DNA of 64,000 nt from Eledone cirrhosa (GCA_964016885.1 OZ024748.1:55552001-55616000); one strand, 5' to 3'; counted from the first letter of the stretch, positions 1 to 12,990 are shown. Numbers and translations: made by a program. The notes: generated by a model from the sequence alone, not told the origin.

Positions 1-31
<31 letters not shown>

Positions 32-34
<3 letters not shown>

Positions 35-98
35 GGTGTTCCAAAAACGTATACACTTTTTCATTAGAATTCCTTTGACAGAACTTTTCTAGGACAAA

Positions 99-100
<2 letters not shown>
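32..100. mobile_element. Tc1/mariner terminal fragment
   Basis: TA + CAGGGTGTTCCAAAAACGTATACACTTTTTCATTAGAAT closely resembles the end of the mariner remnant at 36106 (GAGGTGTCCCGTAAAAATATATACACACTTTTATTAGAAT). Confidence 0.45.
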
Positions 101-177
<77 letters not shown>

Positions 178-715
178 TATATATATATATATAAACCTTT
201 TTCCAACTTCCTACTGTATCCCTTTATATATATTAGAGATAGGAAGAGTGAGGAAGTGTCGACTATGGGGCGCAGGAGAATGATTAAAGGGATATTAAAA
301 AAGAAATTGTGAAATAAGAAAATATTTAAAATGGAAGTTAAATAAAAATTCAAGAATGTTTATCTTAATGCGGGTCTGTGTTGGAGGAGAGTCCATTGTA
401 TGTACTGTTACTTATTTAAGAGCCCTTGGAAAATAAAATATAAATTGGCGTTTAATATCTAAAGGATGTTTACTAAATAATACCTTGTTTAACTTTATAC
501 TTTACTAATATTTCATAACCCGAATTTGTTCATTTACATGTTTGACATTTATAGGTTAGTCTGAAAAATGGGCCCGTGTCCTTGCTTCTAGGGATTCTGT
601 GACTAGCGGGCGTAAGGCGAAGATTAAACTACACCACATAGGTTATTGTTGAATCAGAAACTGAAAGCTTAATATGGAATGGATTTTACTTACAGCAGAA
701 ATGTCAAACTTGCGT

Positions 716-784
716 CCCTTTACAAGTACACCTGCAGCCCTTTACAAGTACACCTGCAGCCCTTTACAAGTACACCTGCAGCCC
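716..784. repeat. 22-bp tandem repeat x3
   Basis: CCCTTTACAAGTACACCTGCAG, three perfect copies. Confidence 0.95.
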
Positions 785-871
785 GCACAAATGTTTTTAC
801 AGCGCCACCATGTTTTATCTTCGTAATATAAAATGAAATAAAAAATAGTTGTAATGTGCGAAATTAGTTGT

Positions 872-1080
872 CATGTGTGGCCCTCAGACAACACATATGT
901 GGCCCATGTGGCCCTCAGACAACACATATGCGACCCATGTGGTCCTCGGGTGACACATATGTGACCCATGTGGCCCTCAAACAACACATATGTGACCCAT
1001 GTGGCCCTCAGACAACACATATGTGACCCATGTGGCCCTCGGACAACACATATGTGACCCATGTGGCCCTCGGGTGACAC
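872..1080. repeat. ~31-bp minisatellite, about 6.5 copies
   Basis: Unit CATGTGGCCCTCAGACAACACATATGTGACC with variants; no unique spacers. Confidence 0.9.
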
Positions 1081-1269
1081 TCAGTTTGACATGCCTGACT
1101 TACAGCTCACAAGTGTTGGGGTTTTTTTTTGTTCAGTTTATAAACCCTGCATAAGACACACACTTACCCAATCCTTTTCTATTTACAATACCACTAACCC
1201 CTAATTCAACGTTGATCATATGTACCTTATATAGATCCCCCTCCCCCCAAGGTGATTTCTGGTATAAAT

Positions 1270-1452
1270 GCTTCTACATTTGGCACAAGGCCAGCAATTA
1301 CCCAATGCATTACTGGTACTTTATTTTATCGACCACGTAAGGATGAAAGTCAAAGTTAACCTCGGCGGGATTTGAACTCAGAATGGCAAGGGCCGCAACT
1401 CGATACGTCACAGCACGGCGTCCGATCCGCTACCGATACTGCCAATCCACCG
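1270..1452 (-). mobile_element. tRNA-derived SINE (family A)
   Basis: Reverse-complement match to the intact copy at 60133-60320 (B-box GAGTTCAAATCC, core TTTCATCCTTACG..GTCGATAAAATAAAGTACCAG). Confidence 0.9.
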
Positions 1453-1539
1453 ACTTTCTAGTATTATGTCAATACGAAATTAATAATATTGATAAGTAAA
1501 TTATAATTGTTGATTAATTCATGATGAAAGAATGCCTTT

Positions 1540-2208
1540 TGAAGGCAGGGTCTGTGGGGAGAGAGAGGAGACTGTGGCTCACATTGTATCAGAGTGTAAA
1601 CACCTAGCCCAGACTCACTATAAAGGCTGGAGACATGATGTGATGGGCAGGGTGATCCACTGGCACCTATGCAAAGTAAACAATTTACCACATTCTGAGA
1701 AGTGGTATGAGCATAAGCCAGAGTCGGTGATAGAAAACGATCAGGTGAAGGTGCTATGGGATTTTAGGATACAGACGGACAAGAAAATGGAACACAATAG
1801 ACCTGACCTGGTGGTTTTGGACAAGGAAAAAAGATCGTGCCTGATTGTGGATGTGGCTTGCCCATTCGACACGAGAGTGCAAGAGAAGGAGAGGGAGAAA
1901 ATTAACCGATACCAGGACTTAAAGTGGGAGGTAAAAAGGATTTGGAACTGCCATGAAGTCAAAGTGGTCCCGATTGTCATAGGCGCACTAGGTACTATCT
2001 CAAATAGTTTCCAGGGATGGTTAAAGAAAATTGGTCCCGCCCCGCTTTTTGGAACACTTCAAAAGGCCTGCTTGCTGGGAACAGCAAGAACACTCCGATA
2101 CGTCCTGAATATCTGAGGCTGCAGGTAGCGGCTTGATATTCATTTCAACAAACTTTCCAGTTAAATAACATCAATGACTGAGACTCAAAGAACAATAATA
2201 ATAATAAT
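1540..2208 (+). mobile_element. 5'-truncated non-LTR retrotransposon with restriction-like endonuclease (R4/Dong-like)
   Basis: ORF 1532-2116 has a zinc-knuckle remnant (RVCGEREETVAHIVSEC), RHD, PD..D nuclease motif (RPDLVVLD..IVDVACP), EK..RY and VVPIVIGALG, followed by a short 3' UTR and (AAT)n tail. No RT domain. Confidence 0.85.
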
Positions 2209-2210
2209 GA

Positions 2211-2307
2211 TTTCTTATATAGGCACAAGGCCAGCAATTATCCCAGTGCATTACTGGTAATCTATCGACCCCATAAGGATGAAAGACAAAGTTACCCCCG
2301 GCAGGAT
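2211..2307 (-). mobile_element. SINE family A, 3' half
   Basis: GGCACAAGGCCAGCAATTATCCCAGTGCATTACTGG..ATCGACCCCATAAGGATGAAAG. Confidence 0.85.
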
Positions 2308-2312
2308 AATAA

Positions 2313-2900
2313 TTTAAGGAACGCTTCCTGAACCACCAGTCGACCTTTAGGTACCCGGACATCCACGAAACTCGCGAGCCACGTATGGTCCCTCAATGCC
2401 TCAAGTATAGACGACTCCATTCAATGGAAAGCCATCACTAAGTCCAAGCCATACGCAAGGGGAAATCCGTCGTGTGGACTATGTATTGATGAACGAATAA
2501 ATATTCTAAAGAGATTACACAATAGCGATTGCCTAAACACGAGAAATGAATTATTCACACGTTGTCCACACGTCTCGAAACACCTCTTACGTAACTACAA
2601 AGCTGCGGATTGAATTACAACATCCTAATTTTCTTATCAACTAGCACATTTTCGGACTTTCGCAGTTATCTCCCTTACACTTCTCGCACGCATTTTAGTA
2701 TTGCCTGTGTGAAACGATCGTTTCTGCGCATGCGCGTTCGTACGGTTGTCCTTCCTGTTGCATATAACACTGTCCATTACGAACTGAGGATCCGCTAAGG
2801 TGAAACAATTGTTCTCGGTATGGTGAACTAACTGTTGTGTAACCACTTCTACCTAACTCGTCCCATGGACTGAGTGCTCTACCACTACGTATATTACCTT
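2313..2900 (+). mobile_element. Penelope-like element 3' fragment (GIY-YIG C-terminus plus 3' UTR/pLTR)
   Basis: With one frameshift it translates as FKERFLNHQSTF / TKLASHVWSL..IQWKAITKSKPY..CGLCIDE..IL..CLNTRNELFTRCPH..LL, stop at 2611-2613. Hammerhead-like core at 2784-2813. 3' boundary approximate. Confidence 0.75.
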
Positions 2901-2912
2901 CCAGTGTTCCAC

Positions 2913-2947
<35 letters not shown>

Positions 2948-3307
2948 TGTGTGTGTATAAGAACTAATGTTATTAGATTCACTCTTAGATGAAAGTTAGA
3001 GAAAAGAGTGTTCAATGTATCGGGCGTTACTCCTTCGTCAGGAGATACAGTTTAAAGAGAAAAAATCTCTATATGAGTGTATGTGGATATTAATTACAGT
3101 ATATATGTTCAATATTAAAGTAAATTTTAAGTTAGTTAACTTAGGATTGTATAGTAAACACATGTTAAATTATATAGAAGAGGAATAATAAAACTGATAG
3201 AATAATTAGACGCTGAATATTGCGTTTGAATATACATATATATACAGAATGTCCCCTTAAAATGTATACATACATCTATTAGAATACTGTTGAAGTTTGT
3301 ATATAAT

Positions 3308-3396
<89 letters not shown>

Positions 3397-3554
3397 GAGA
3401 GTTTGCGTTCGTGTGAATGGGAGAATGAAATGAAGACATGAATAGATAAATGGTGGAATGTAAGGTCCCACGAAGTAAGATATATTTAGATCATATCACT
3501 CGTATATGAAACCTAGCTATACGTAGTTCATATGTACATACACCCACCGACATA

Positions 3555-3585
<31 letters not shown>

Positions 3586-3602
3586 ATATATATATATATA
3601 TG

Positions 3603-3693
<91 letters not shown>

Positions 3694-4516
3694 ATGTGTT
3701 TGTGCGTGTATATATGCGCGCATGTTTCAATATATATATGTGTGCCATGCATATGTAATTTGGCAAAGAAAAGGAAAGATTAACATATATCATTTTGTAA
3801 CATTGGATACCTTGTATAACTTAATCTTATCAGTAATTTCATTTAATCCTGTCGGTCCTTCTTTTTCATTAAAAAACAATATAATACCTTATGTTGTCCT
3901 TAATCTTTATCTTTTTATATGTGATATGTTTCCACTAATTCAGTTCAGATGTGACGTAATTTCACAAAGCCTTAGAAATGTATATATTCATATATTCAAC
4001 TAAACCTATCTCATTACTGTAATTTAATTGTTTTTTGTTTGTTTGTGTATTTTGTATGTTTTAATTATGTATTTATATACCTGTGTTATTATATTATATT
4101 TTATGAAATATATATGTTATGTATATAAATAATAAATCCAATGACAGAAACTATTAAATAAGTAATGAAGTAATACAAACAGATATATGGTTGGTATAAT
4201 GCTTTAGAATACAATCTGTAACTAAAAGCATTGAAATGATATGACTATAATGAGACACAAGAATGGAAATCATAAGGCATGAGAATTGAAATACAACTAG
4301 TGTAAGGCAGTGAAAGAAAGAGATACTAAATATATAACAGTGAAATAAATATATGCCTAACATATAGCAGTGAAATAACATACACCTAAAATAAGGCAAA
4401 GCAATATAGAAATGGCAAGCATAAGGGAATGGAATCTACCTAAGTTAGGCAAAATAGAGATAATACTAACCTAAGTAAGGTATTGAAATATGATACGCCT
4501 CGAATGAGATATATTA

Positions 4517-4710
4517 AATATAATTATTTCTACTTTTGGCGCAGGGCCAGCAATACCCCCAGTGCATTACTGGTGCTTTATTTTATCGATCCCGTAAGGA
4601 TGAAAGACAAAGTTAACCTCGATGGGATATGAACTCAGATCATAAAGGGCCATAACTCTATGCTGAAAAGCCAGGCGTCCGACCCTGTACCGATACTACC
4701 AATCCACCGC
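4517..4710 (-). mobile_element. SINE family A
   Basis: Full-length reverse-complement match. Confidence 0.9.
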
Positions 4711-4877
4711 GTCAGACACCTTGCTTTGTAGCATAAAGTAATAGCTCTTTAGGTTCTGAGTTCAAATCCCGCTGAGGTTAACTTTGCCTTTCATCCTTAC
4801 GGGGTCGATAAAATAATGTACCAGTAATACACTGGGGTATTTGCTGGCCTTGTGCCAAAAGTAGAAACAATTATATT
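4711..4877 (+). mobile_element. SINE family A, 5'-truncated
   Basis: GAGTTCAAATCCCGCTGAGGTTAACTTTGCCTTTCATCCTTACGGGGTCGATAAAAT..GTAGAAACAATT. Confidence 0.9.
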
Positions 4878-5376
4878 ATTTTAGTCTAAACATGAACTCA
4901 CTCTCTCATACTCAAGTATTCTGTTTAATCTCTATCTCCCCTCAATATCCCACTCTTTCACTAACTATTTATGTCTGTATGGCTTCTGTTTGTCTGTTTG
5001 TCGGTTTGGCTGTTTCTCTCCCCTTGTATCACTCTTAGGTTTTGGTGCTTTCCTTCTTTCATACTCCCTCCACCAGTACACTTATCGTGGATGTATCTAA
5101 TTCATAACGGAAATGATTTTGTCCGATGGTGAGAATCAATCCGGAACGACCTTTTCTTTTATTCTTTTCCACGCTACACACTACCTAGTCACCTGTAGCT
5201 GATTAGACAATCACACCATCATATCGTACACACACTCTCCCACTTACTTATGTACACACACACACAGACAGAGTTACGAATACTTAAACGCGTGCGTACA
5301 TTAACATAAATTTACGTTAACACTAACACTTAAACATGCAACGACACAACGCACTCATACACAAACTCACACGCAA

Positions 5377-5674
5377 TCACATACAAAGAGATTTCCTCTC
5401 TCGGCCATACACATAAACCAAAGAAAGACCCATTATATAGTTGATTGACATGCTAGAAATAGCAGACAAATTTCCATCAAAATCCATACAACCATAGAAC
5501 TGATTACATGTTATCATGTAGTCACATATACAAATAGATTTGCCTCTCTCAACCATACACATAAACCAAAGAAAGACCCATTGTATGATTGATTAACATG
5601 CTAGAAATAACAGCCAAATCTCCTTCAAAATCCATACAGCCATAGAACTGATTACATGCTATAATGTAGTCACA
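5377..5674. repeat. ~148-bp tandem duplication
   Basis: CCATACACATAAACCAAAGAAAGACCCATT..CCATAGAACTGATTACATG occurs twice in direct orientation with scattered substitutions. Confidence 0.9.
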
Positions 5675-6266
5675 GATAACTTGCAAACAGGAAAAGAAAA
5701 CCACAAAACAATGTGATTTTCGTGTCTAGAATGCCTTTCATGATATGTGTGCACAATCAAGGCTGCAATAGGGCTAAACAACAACACATATGCAGATAGA
5801 CATATACCTACTCACATATATCATGTCTACATATGATTTAATGGAGACATGGACAAACTTTCCCGGGCCGCATAGGATATGGCTCATCAAATGGGATTTG
5901 TGGTGGTGGTGGTGGTGGTGGTGTTGATGATGATGATGATGATGATGATGAAGATTAAGGATGCTGACATAGATGCAAAAGATTAGGGTAATGTTGATAC
6001 TGAGGACAGAGATGACAAGGATGATGATGCTGCGGCGGCTGCTGCTGCTGATGGTGACCGTGGTTGTGATGATGACTGCAATAACAATAACTAGCTTAAT
6101 GATGATGTTGATGAAGGTGATGATGATGATGAAGGCGGCGTTGATGACAGGGACGACAATGTCTAAAAAGTGAAGATGTCGATGATATTGGCAATGGTGA
6201 CTTCAGAATGCTTTTATAATGATAGTGACATTTCGTTTTTTATTGCCACCATTTCTAATAATAATT

Positions 6267-6458
6267 GTTTCTACATCAGGCAAAAGGCCACCAATTATCC
6301 AGTTCATTACTGGTACTTTTTTTATCGACCCCATAAGGATGAAAGGCAAAGTTAACCTCGGCGTTAAAGGCAAAGTTAACCTCAGACAGTAAAGGGTCGT
6401 AACTATCCTAGAAAGCATGGCGTCCGACCCTCTACCGATACTGCCAATTCCCCGCCCT
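6267..6458 (-). mobile_element. SINE family A
   Basis: Reverse-complement match; internal duplication of AAAGGCAAAGTTAACCTC; TTTCTAATAAT on both flanks. Confidence 0.9.
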
Positions 6459-6482
6459 TTTCTAATAATTTCTAATAATTTC

Positions 6483-6527
<45 letters not shown>

Positions 6528-6530
<3 letters not shown>

Positions 6531-8630
6531 TTTCTTTATTAACCACAAGGGTTTACATAAAGTAGACATTAAGGACAGTGCAGGACAATGCAGTACGGTA
6601 CAAATGGGCATTTCTGCGTGTAAAAAGCAAAAACAGAGGATGTAACAAAAAATATCAATGAAAAATTCCCCAATAGGGGGGAGACTTCGGAGGGACATTT
6701 GTGGAGAAAGCCCAGTAAAAGGCCACAGTGACCCTGACCACCAAGGCAAGTGCCCTCTCCCAGTTTTCCACCTTTAATTTAAAGACACATACTCAGAGTA
6801 GGCCCATTCACTCGGGCCATACTTGCTTCTCTCACCCATCTTTCAACAAAATGCTGGGAAGAGAGCACTTCCCTCTCTACCCTTATTTTCCTTTTCAAAT
6901 GAAATTTGAAAAAGTTAATCAGGGCATCACCGAAGAGGTAAGTGCTCGTCTTCAGCCCTTTCAAACGTGTCCACCATACTATCTCTTTCGCCATGGCCAC
7001 CAGACAGATTAAAAACTTCCCGCCCTTCCCGGCTAAAGGAAGAGGGCTGGGCAATCCTCACGATGGACTCAGCTGATAGCTGGATCCGTCCTACACGTGA
7101 CAGCAGGGGTTCGACATAAACCCACAAGTCAGCAATGCTCGGACACTGGACGAGTGCGTGCAGGACGGTTTCGTCACCCTGCGCGCATCTCGGACATGCC
7201 CGGCTGACGGAACCTGCCTGTAGAGTTTATCTCGAACTGGCAAAGCTCCTCGGTAGCATGCCAGGCCAGGGATTTCAGAGCTGGGAATTCTCCCGTTCTG
7301 TTGCCAGTTGCAGTAGACGTCCGCCAAGAGGCCTCCGAACAAGTCTGGCATCTGTACGTAAAGTTCATAGGGTAGACCATCCAAACCAGGCGATTTACCC
7401 CTTGTGCAGCCAGTCAATGCCTCCCGTACTTCAGCGGCTGTTATCGGCTTTTTGCAACACTTCGCCTCAGTGGCCGAGAGCCGCAGCAGTCTGTCGAAGT
7501 AGACACTAAAGTCCATCCCTCGATTCGGCCCGCCGCTGCCTCCGAACAGCTGGGCGAAGTGTCGCTGGAAAGCTTCACACATTTGCCCGGGTTGAGTAGC
7601 ATGCGCCCGTCGTAGTCCACCAAAGACCGGATTGTCGCTTTGTTGCCACGACGCGCCTCAACCACTCGGGCCCATTGAACGGTTTTCGTCCCCTCGTGTC
7701 TGAGAGCACGCACCCTAGCTCTGACAACGCAGCCTTCGTGCTTTGCCTTGAATAATTGGTCAAGGGGCAATTCGCCGCAAGTACGTCGGTCGCGATGTCT
7801 TTGCTAAGCGCCTCGTCTAATTTTCTAACTAGTTCTCCCTCTGTTCTATTTTTCTCTATTGCTAAAGCCTTACTAAACCTAATGGACTCTATTCTAATCG
7901 CTCTTTTCAGAGCAAACCACCACTTGTTGTTGACGATGGCCCCCGTCATCTCCCGCTTAACTAGTTCGCTAATCCGGTCTCTGTAGGCCTTGCGCGCTGG
8001 TAAGGACGCGTTTAGCTTCCAGTAGCCGGGTCCTTGTCTATGAAGCCTATCTAAGTCAAGCACACAGATCACGAATTTGTGGTCCGTGTAGCTGACTATC
8101 TTGAATTGTGGACAGCCTATGCTAGACCTATCTATTTCCCTACAAAATACTCTATCTAGATATGATCTGGATGACCCTATGCGATTTGTCCAAGTCCACA
8201 TTGGCACATTCGGGAAATCCAATCGGTACCTGTCAGACAGTTCAAAACGCCTGAGCAGGTTGGTGGGGCTTTTGAACCCTCCTCCCCTATCCGCTGATCC
8301 CACACATCTCGGACTTGCTCGGCTGACGCCACCTCCATGCCTGTAGAGTTTATCCCGAAAAGCAAATCTCCTCGGTAGCACTGCCATGCTAGGGATTTCT
8401 GGAAGTTGTCCGTAGGCCCCGGCCCGAAAGTTCTTCCGAAGAGATTGGCTAGTTGATTTTCGTCAACGCCTAGAGTTTCCCCGAGTATGTTGTCGCTCTT
8501 CCCCTCCACTAATCCTCTATAGAACGCTAAGGTGGAGTTTCCACCGATCACATTGCCCGATTGGTCGAGGGTTGTGAGCGCCTGAGGATATTCCAGTCTC
8601 CAAGCGCTACCTCTCGGTCTTCGCTTGGCT
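6528..8630 (-). mobile_element. Rearranged, internally deleted Tx1/L1-group LINE
   Basis: APE endonuclease C-half (WTWTN..SYLDRVF..TDH..GPGYWKLN), RT start (GKSPGLDGLPYELY) and C-terminal LPVRDKLYR zinc-finger region; 3' UTR with AATAAA and (ATT)n tail at 6483-6527; multiple frameshifts. Confidence 0.85.
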
Positions 8631-10674
8631 CAGGACTGCAGCCTCTATACTATTGTCTTCGTCTATGTTTCATTAATTTTTCTTGCTGTAACATAAACAC
8701 TTCTCAATGTATTCTAAACTCCGAATCTTATATCATTTATATTTCTTCTTATATTGATTCATACGGCCACATACAATGGCTTCGAAGATGTAATTATCTC
8801 TTACTCTAATCGATTTAAAATCTACAGCGCGTTTTCAGGAAGATGTGGTTGAGATTTCTAGTACTCTGTGTGATCCAAAATAGGCATTCTCATCTCATAA
8901 CAACATAAATTTGAAAATATAGTTGTCTATGAATCTGATAACCTTACTTGTTCGATAGCTAGTATAGTTGCTTTCAATGCCGAAGACATTTGATAAATAT
9001 GGTTCTCTTCCATTGTATGGTCTAAAATAATATCTATAAAATGATGACTGCAAACCTCAATGTTAAATTGCAATGGCGACTGCATATTGTCAACTGCTTT
9101 CTTAGATCTAATTCAGAACCTGCATGAATTATTCAAATAAATGGACGAATTTATTGACAATGAGGTATATTCAAAGCAATAAGTATACATAGATATAGTT
9201 TGTACTCAATTCATTCAATAGATTTTGGCACCAGGAAAATAAACAAATGAATGCATCACTATTTCATAATTCATAATATCTTAACCCAAACTTGATTATG
9301 ATTATTTATTAATGCAACGTCTCTAAACTATTTATATTTTAGACAATTATATTTTCCCATGCCAACTAGTCTATAAGTTAAGACGTTCAATACGTAGTTC
9401 TCTGATCACTACTGTGGAAACAATACTTCGCTGATACGTGCATAATATATCCCCCTTGCTTACCTAAAAGTGAAAAAAATATAAAACATTTTAGGCATTG
9501 ACTGTCATCGTTTATTTCCTTACTGCATAGTTATTTGTAGTTTGTTTCTTTGTTCTTAAAACTTTCTTAGCTACGAACTGTTATGGATTCAGACGAAATA
9601 AAGTGTAAAGATTGTACATACTTAAATAGGAGACAGAAAAAAAAAACAAAAAAAAAGCACATTACCATGTTAGTTTAAAGTAGGTCAATCGAGTAACCGA
9701 AAGATATGAGCGTAGAATCTTGAATCAGGGTATAATATTAAGGAAATGATATGAGCGTGTGTGAGCGGAATCGAAATACATTGTAAGACTGGAGTGTGTT
9801 TTATTTATTTTTGTAAAAGGAGAATATTATGTGTTTGAGTTTTAGCTATAATTACCTAAATGAAATATTTCAATTGCCTTCCCCTATCTTTCATTCTTTC
9901 TCAGTAACCTTTCCTTGTTCGCTTCGTTTATTTCTTCTATCATGTGATAAGATTTTACGATAACAAACACTATGTGAATAAGAATGAACCCATCACCAAG
10001 TAAAAGAGTAATAAACAGGAAAAACAATTATAAACAAAACGTAAATAAAAATTCACAGAAATGGGAAAGACAGTGTTATTATTTTCAAAGATAACTCTAC
10101 CGTAAATTATTCCAGATTGTCTGAGTGACGTAAAACGATTTTAAAATTAGTAACAATACTGCAGAGTTTAATTACTTAAACTTATGCGTTCTTATCTCAT
10201 AAAGCCAGCAGAGTCATTTTTCTATAAAACAGACTGGCTCTATTATCTAGACAAACAGCAGAATGGTGTTCAAGAAATGTTAAAAACCATCTAACAGTGG
10301 TTTGTCACTTAGTCGGAGGAAGGAAATTATGTGAATAAATGCAAACGAACAAGGCCATAACCTAGATAACTCAAAAGGCAGATTATATTACAGCGACTGT
10401 GAAAAAAGTCCCATTAGAGGGCGTGACATATAAAATATATATATAAAGAAAAAGTATATGTACAGCCGGATAATTTGCAGATAGCATCGGTCTCTGTAAG
10501 TATAATAAATGTGTATTTCGGTTACTTAACCTTCTGGGAAGAACAATATATCCAATTACATCAATAATGTAATTTTAAAACGCCGTTAAAACTGATTATT
10601 ATATGAGATAAATATACACATACATAAAAAATATAATATGATATAATATGATATAATATAATATAATATAATAT

Positions 10675-10742
<68 letters not shown>

Positions 10743-10783
10743 TATATAAATATATATTTATATATATATATGTGTGTGTGTGT

Positions 10784-10843
<60 letters not shown>

Positions 10844-10860
10844 TTGTGTGTGTGTGTGTG

Positions 10861-10922
<62 letters not shown>

Positions 10923-11668
10923 ACGTATATACTAGAAGCCATATTTATTTTATATCATTTCAGTAATGCAAATACTAGCTTTCCTCAGCCTATATCTCTC
11001 CTTGCATCTCTGGCAATACAAATATATAAATATAAATATAAATATATATATACAAACACAGATGTCTCCATGCGCACACCGATAAACTCTCATTTCTAAT
11101 CACGCATACAGGCATATATATGTTGTATGCTATAGCTTCCCTCAGTGATTCGTTGGCCGTTTCTGTTAAGTATCAAAGAAGATGAAGCAGTGCCTCGTTC
11201 AAATCTTCTCGATATCTGAAGAAATGGTTTCCTTGCATACATTTTACTGGAACCAACCAGAAAATAGAGTGAGAGAGAGAGAGAAAGTGTGTGTGTGTGT
11301 GTGTGCGCGTGTGCGTGTGCGCGTGTGTGTGTGTGTGTGTGTGTGCGCGTGTGTGTGTGTGATAGAGAGAGAGAGAGCGAGAGAGAAAGGAAAGAGAGAA
11401 AAGTAGACAGTGAATGTAAGAAAGATCGGAAGTATCGGTTCCAATATTTAACTGGTACATAATATATGACCACGAAAGTTTTCTTCTAAACTCAGGGGTA
11501 TTGGTGTTGTAAAAGTCAGTATTTTACATGCATAGATACATGTACTTTCTCACACTCGCACACTCATACACACATACACATATGGTAACAGTTGACAAGT
11601 AAAATGAAATTGTCATATGATCCACATGACAGGTGCAATGTATCCGAACACGGAAGAACCGAACTCTC

Positions 11669-11812
11669 ACTGTCATCGCCTCCATCTCTCTCGCCCGCCC
11701 CATTTCTCTGTATTGTGAGCAAACGGGGCCCCACGTGCTGGCCGTCCCACAGCCCCAGCGGACAGAATGGAGAAGGTGTTTCCCCGGAATATGGTAAGGG
11801 AAATGCGCGATC
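11669..11812 (-). mobile_element. CRE-like RLE retrotransposon 3' end
   Basis: RISLTIFRGNTFSILSAG resembles the CRE-clade C-terminal QRxSxxxxRGN motif; homologous to 52068-52360. Confidence 0.65.
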
Positions 11813-12381
11813 TTGGGTTAGCTGAATCTAAAGCAAAATGAGCCAGAAGAAATGGCCACAAAATATCTGATGTGGCACTTGCCTATTTATTGTACTCAGT
11901 TAAACCTAAAATATTTGATTACCTATTTTATAAATAGGAGCAACAAAGCATTCCTAGTTGTTATTCTCATAAACCTCATATAGTAGCTTAACTAGGAATT
12001 ACTGTGGCTGACGAATAGGTCCGTTCTTGGTAGCACTTTTTGCTTTATGTGTATTATGTACTACAGTTGGGGTGGGGCTATTACGCATGTTGAGTGATGT
12101 TTTAGGCGGCTTGAGCTGATAAGAGTTTAATAGGAGATATATATGACGAAAGTTTTAGATGGTTCCGTCGTAGCTTTAATATCCGCGGAAGACCACGTTC
12201 TAGTAAGTCTAGATACATTGCAACTGTGTTTTAAACGATTAGTCCCCCACTCTTTATTATTTGCTGTTTTGTGGTTTTATATTTTCACATATATTGGATA
12301 TAATTTTATAACTAGATACATATATGAAAGGTTAGTATGGATTCTCATTGTTTTCTCTTTTTCCCCAGTTTACCCACATTA

Positions 12382-12560
12382 TTGGCAGTTTCGTTAAAGC
12401 GTCAGACGCCATGCTTTGTAGCCTAGAGTTACACCCATTATGATCTGAGTTTAAATCCCGCCGAAGTCAACTTTACCTTTTATCCTTACGGGGTCGATAA
12501 AATAAAGTACCGGTAATGAAATGGGGTATTTGCTGGGCTTGTACCAAAATTAGAAAAAAT
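12382..12560 (+). mobile_element. SINE family A
   Basis: Direct match to the family consensus. Confidence 0.9.
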
Positions 12561-12673
12561 TACAACACGTATATAATGAATAGATTCTATCAGCGGCAAC
12601 ATTTTGTGTCTCGTGCACAAAGTACACAGTACCACATTATCCAACGAATTTTTCATATATTTTGATTATTTAG

Positions 12674-12990
12674 ATGAGGGTATAGATGCTCGACCTCACG
12701 TTACGTGACAGGGAAAGCAAAACCTGGCTTCGACGGCAGACTGGAGGGAAGAATATCATGGAGACCATCAGGAATGGCAAACATACATGAGTTAACCATA
12801 GCTCTCCTCTCAGATAACAGGTCGACTATTAGAGTTGACACCAAGGAAGTCCAAAAGAACTAGATAGTGGCCAAATGCAAGAGGGCGCGACGATCTGATC
12901 CGAGACCAGGGACCCCAAATGACCCCATCTGTCCGGAGATAGGAAATGGTGGCGGTTATCGAGGAAGAGACTTCTCCGACCGGAGTGAGA
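12674..12990 (+). mobile_element. Degenerate RTE-clade LINE 3' fragment
   Basis: MLDLTLRDRESKTWLRRQTGGKNIMETIR..SDNR.TIRV..ARGRDDL..DRKWWR, with stops and frameshifts. Confidence 0.65.

Larger units (their letters stand above)
696..1097. mobile_element. hAT-type MITE with internal minisatellites
   Basis: 15-bp TIRs CAGAAATGTCAAACT (696-710) and AGTTTGACATGCCTG (1083-1097), 13/15 match; exact 8-bp TSD ACTTACAG at 688-695 and 1098-1105. Confidence 0.85.

Noticed and set aside
872-1080. CRISPR-like appearance of the 31-bp repeats
   Set aside because: Units are contiguous with no unique spacers, lie inside a hAT MITE, and there are no cas genes; the context is eukaryotic.
3005-3050. Minus-strand CTGACGA..GATAC hammerhead-like motif
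   Set aside because: The GAAA box is mutated, and stems I and III cannot be formed; too decayed to call.
5895-6190. Acidic or Met-rich ORF
   Set aside because: Degenerate (GAT)n/(GGT)n trinucleotide repeat with no splice or homology support.
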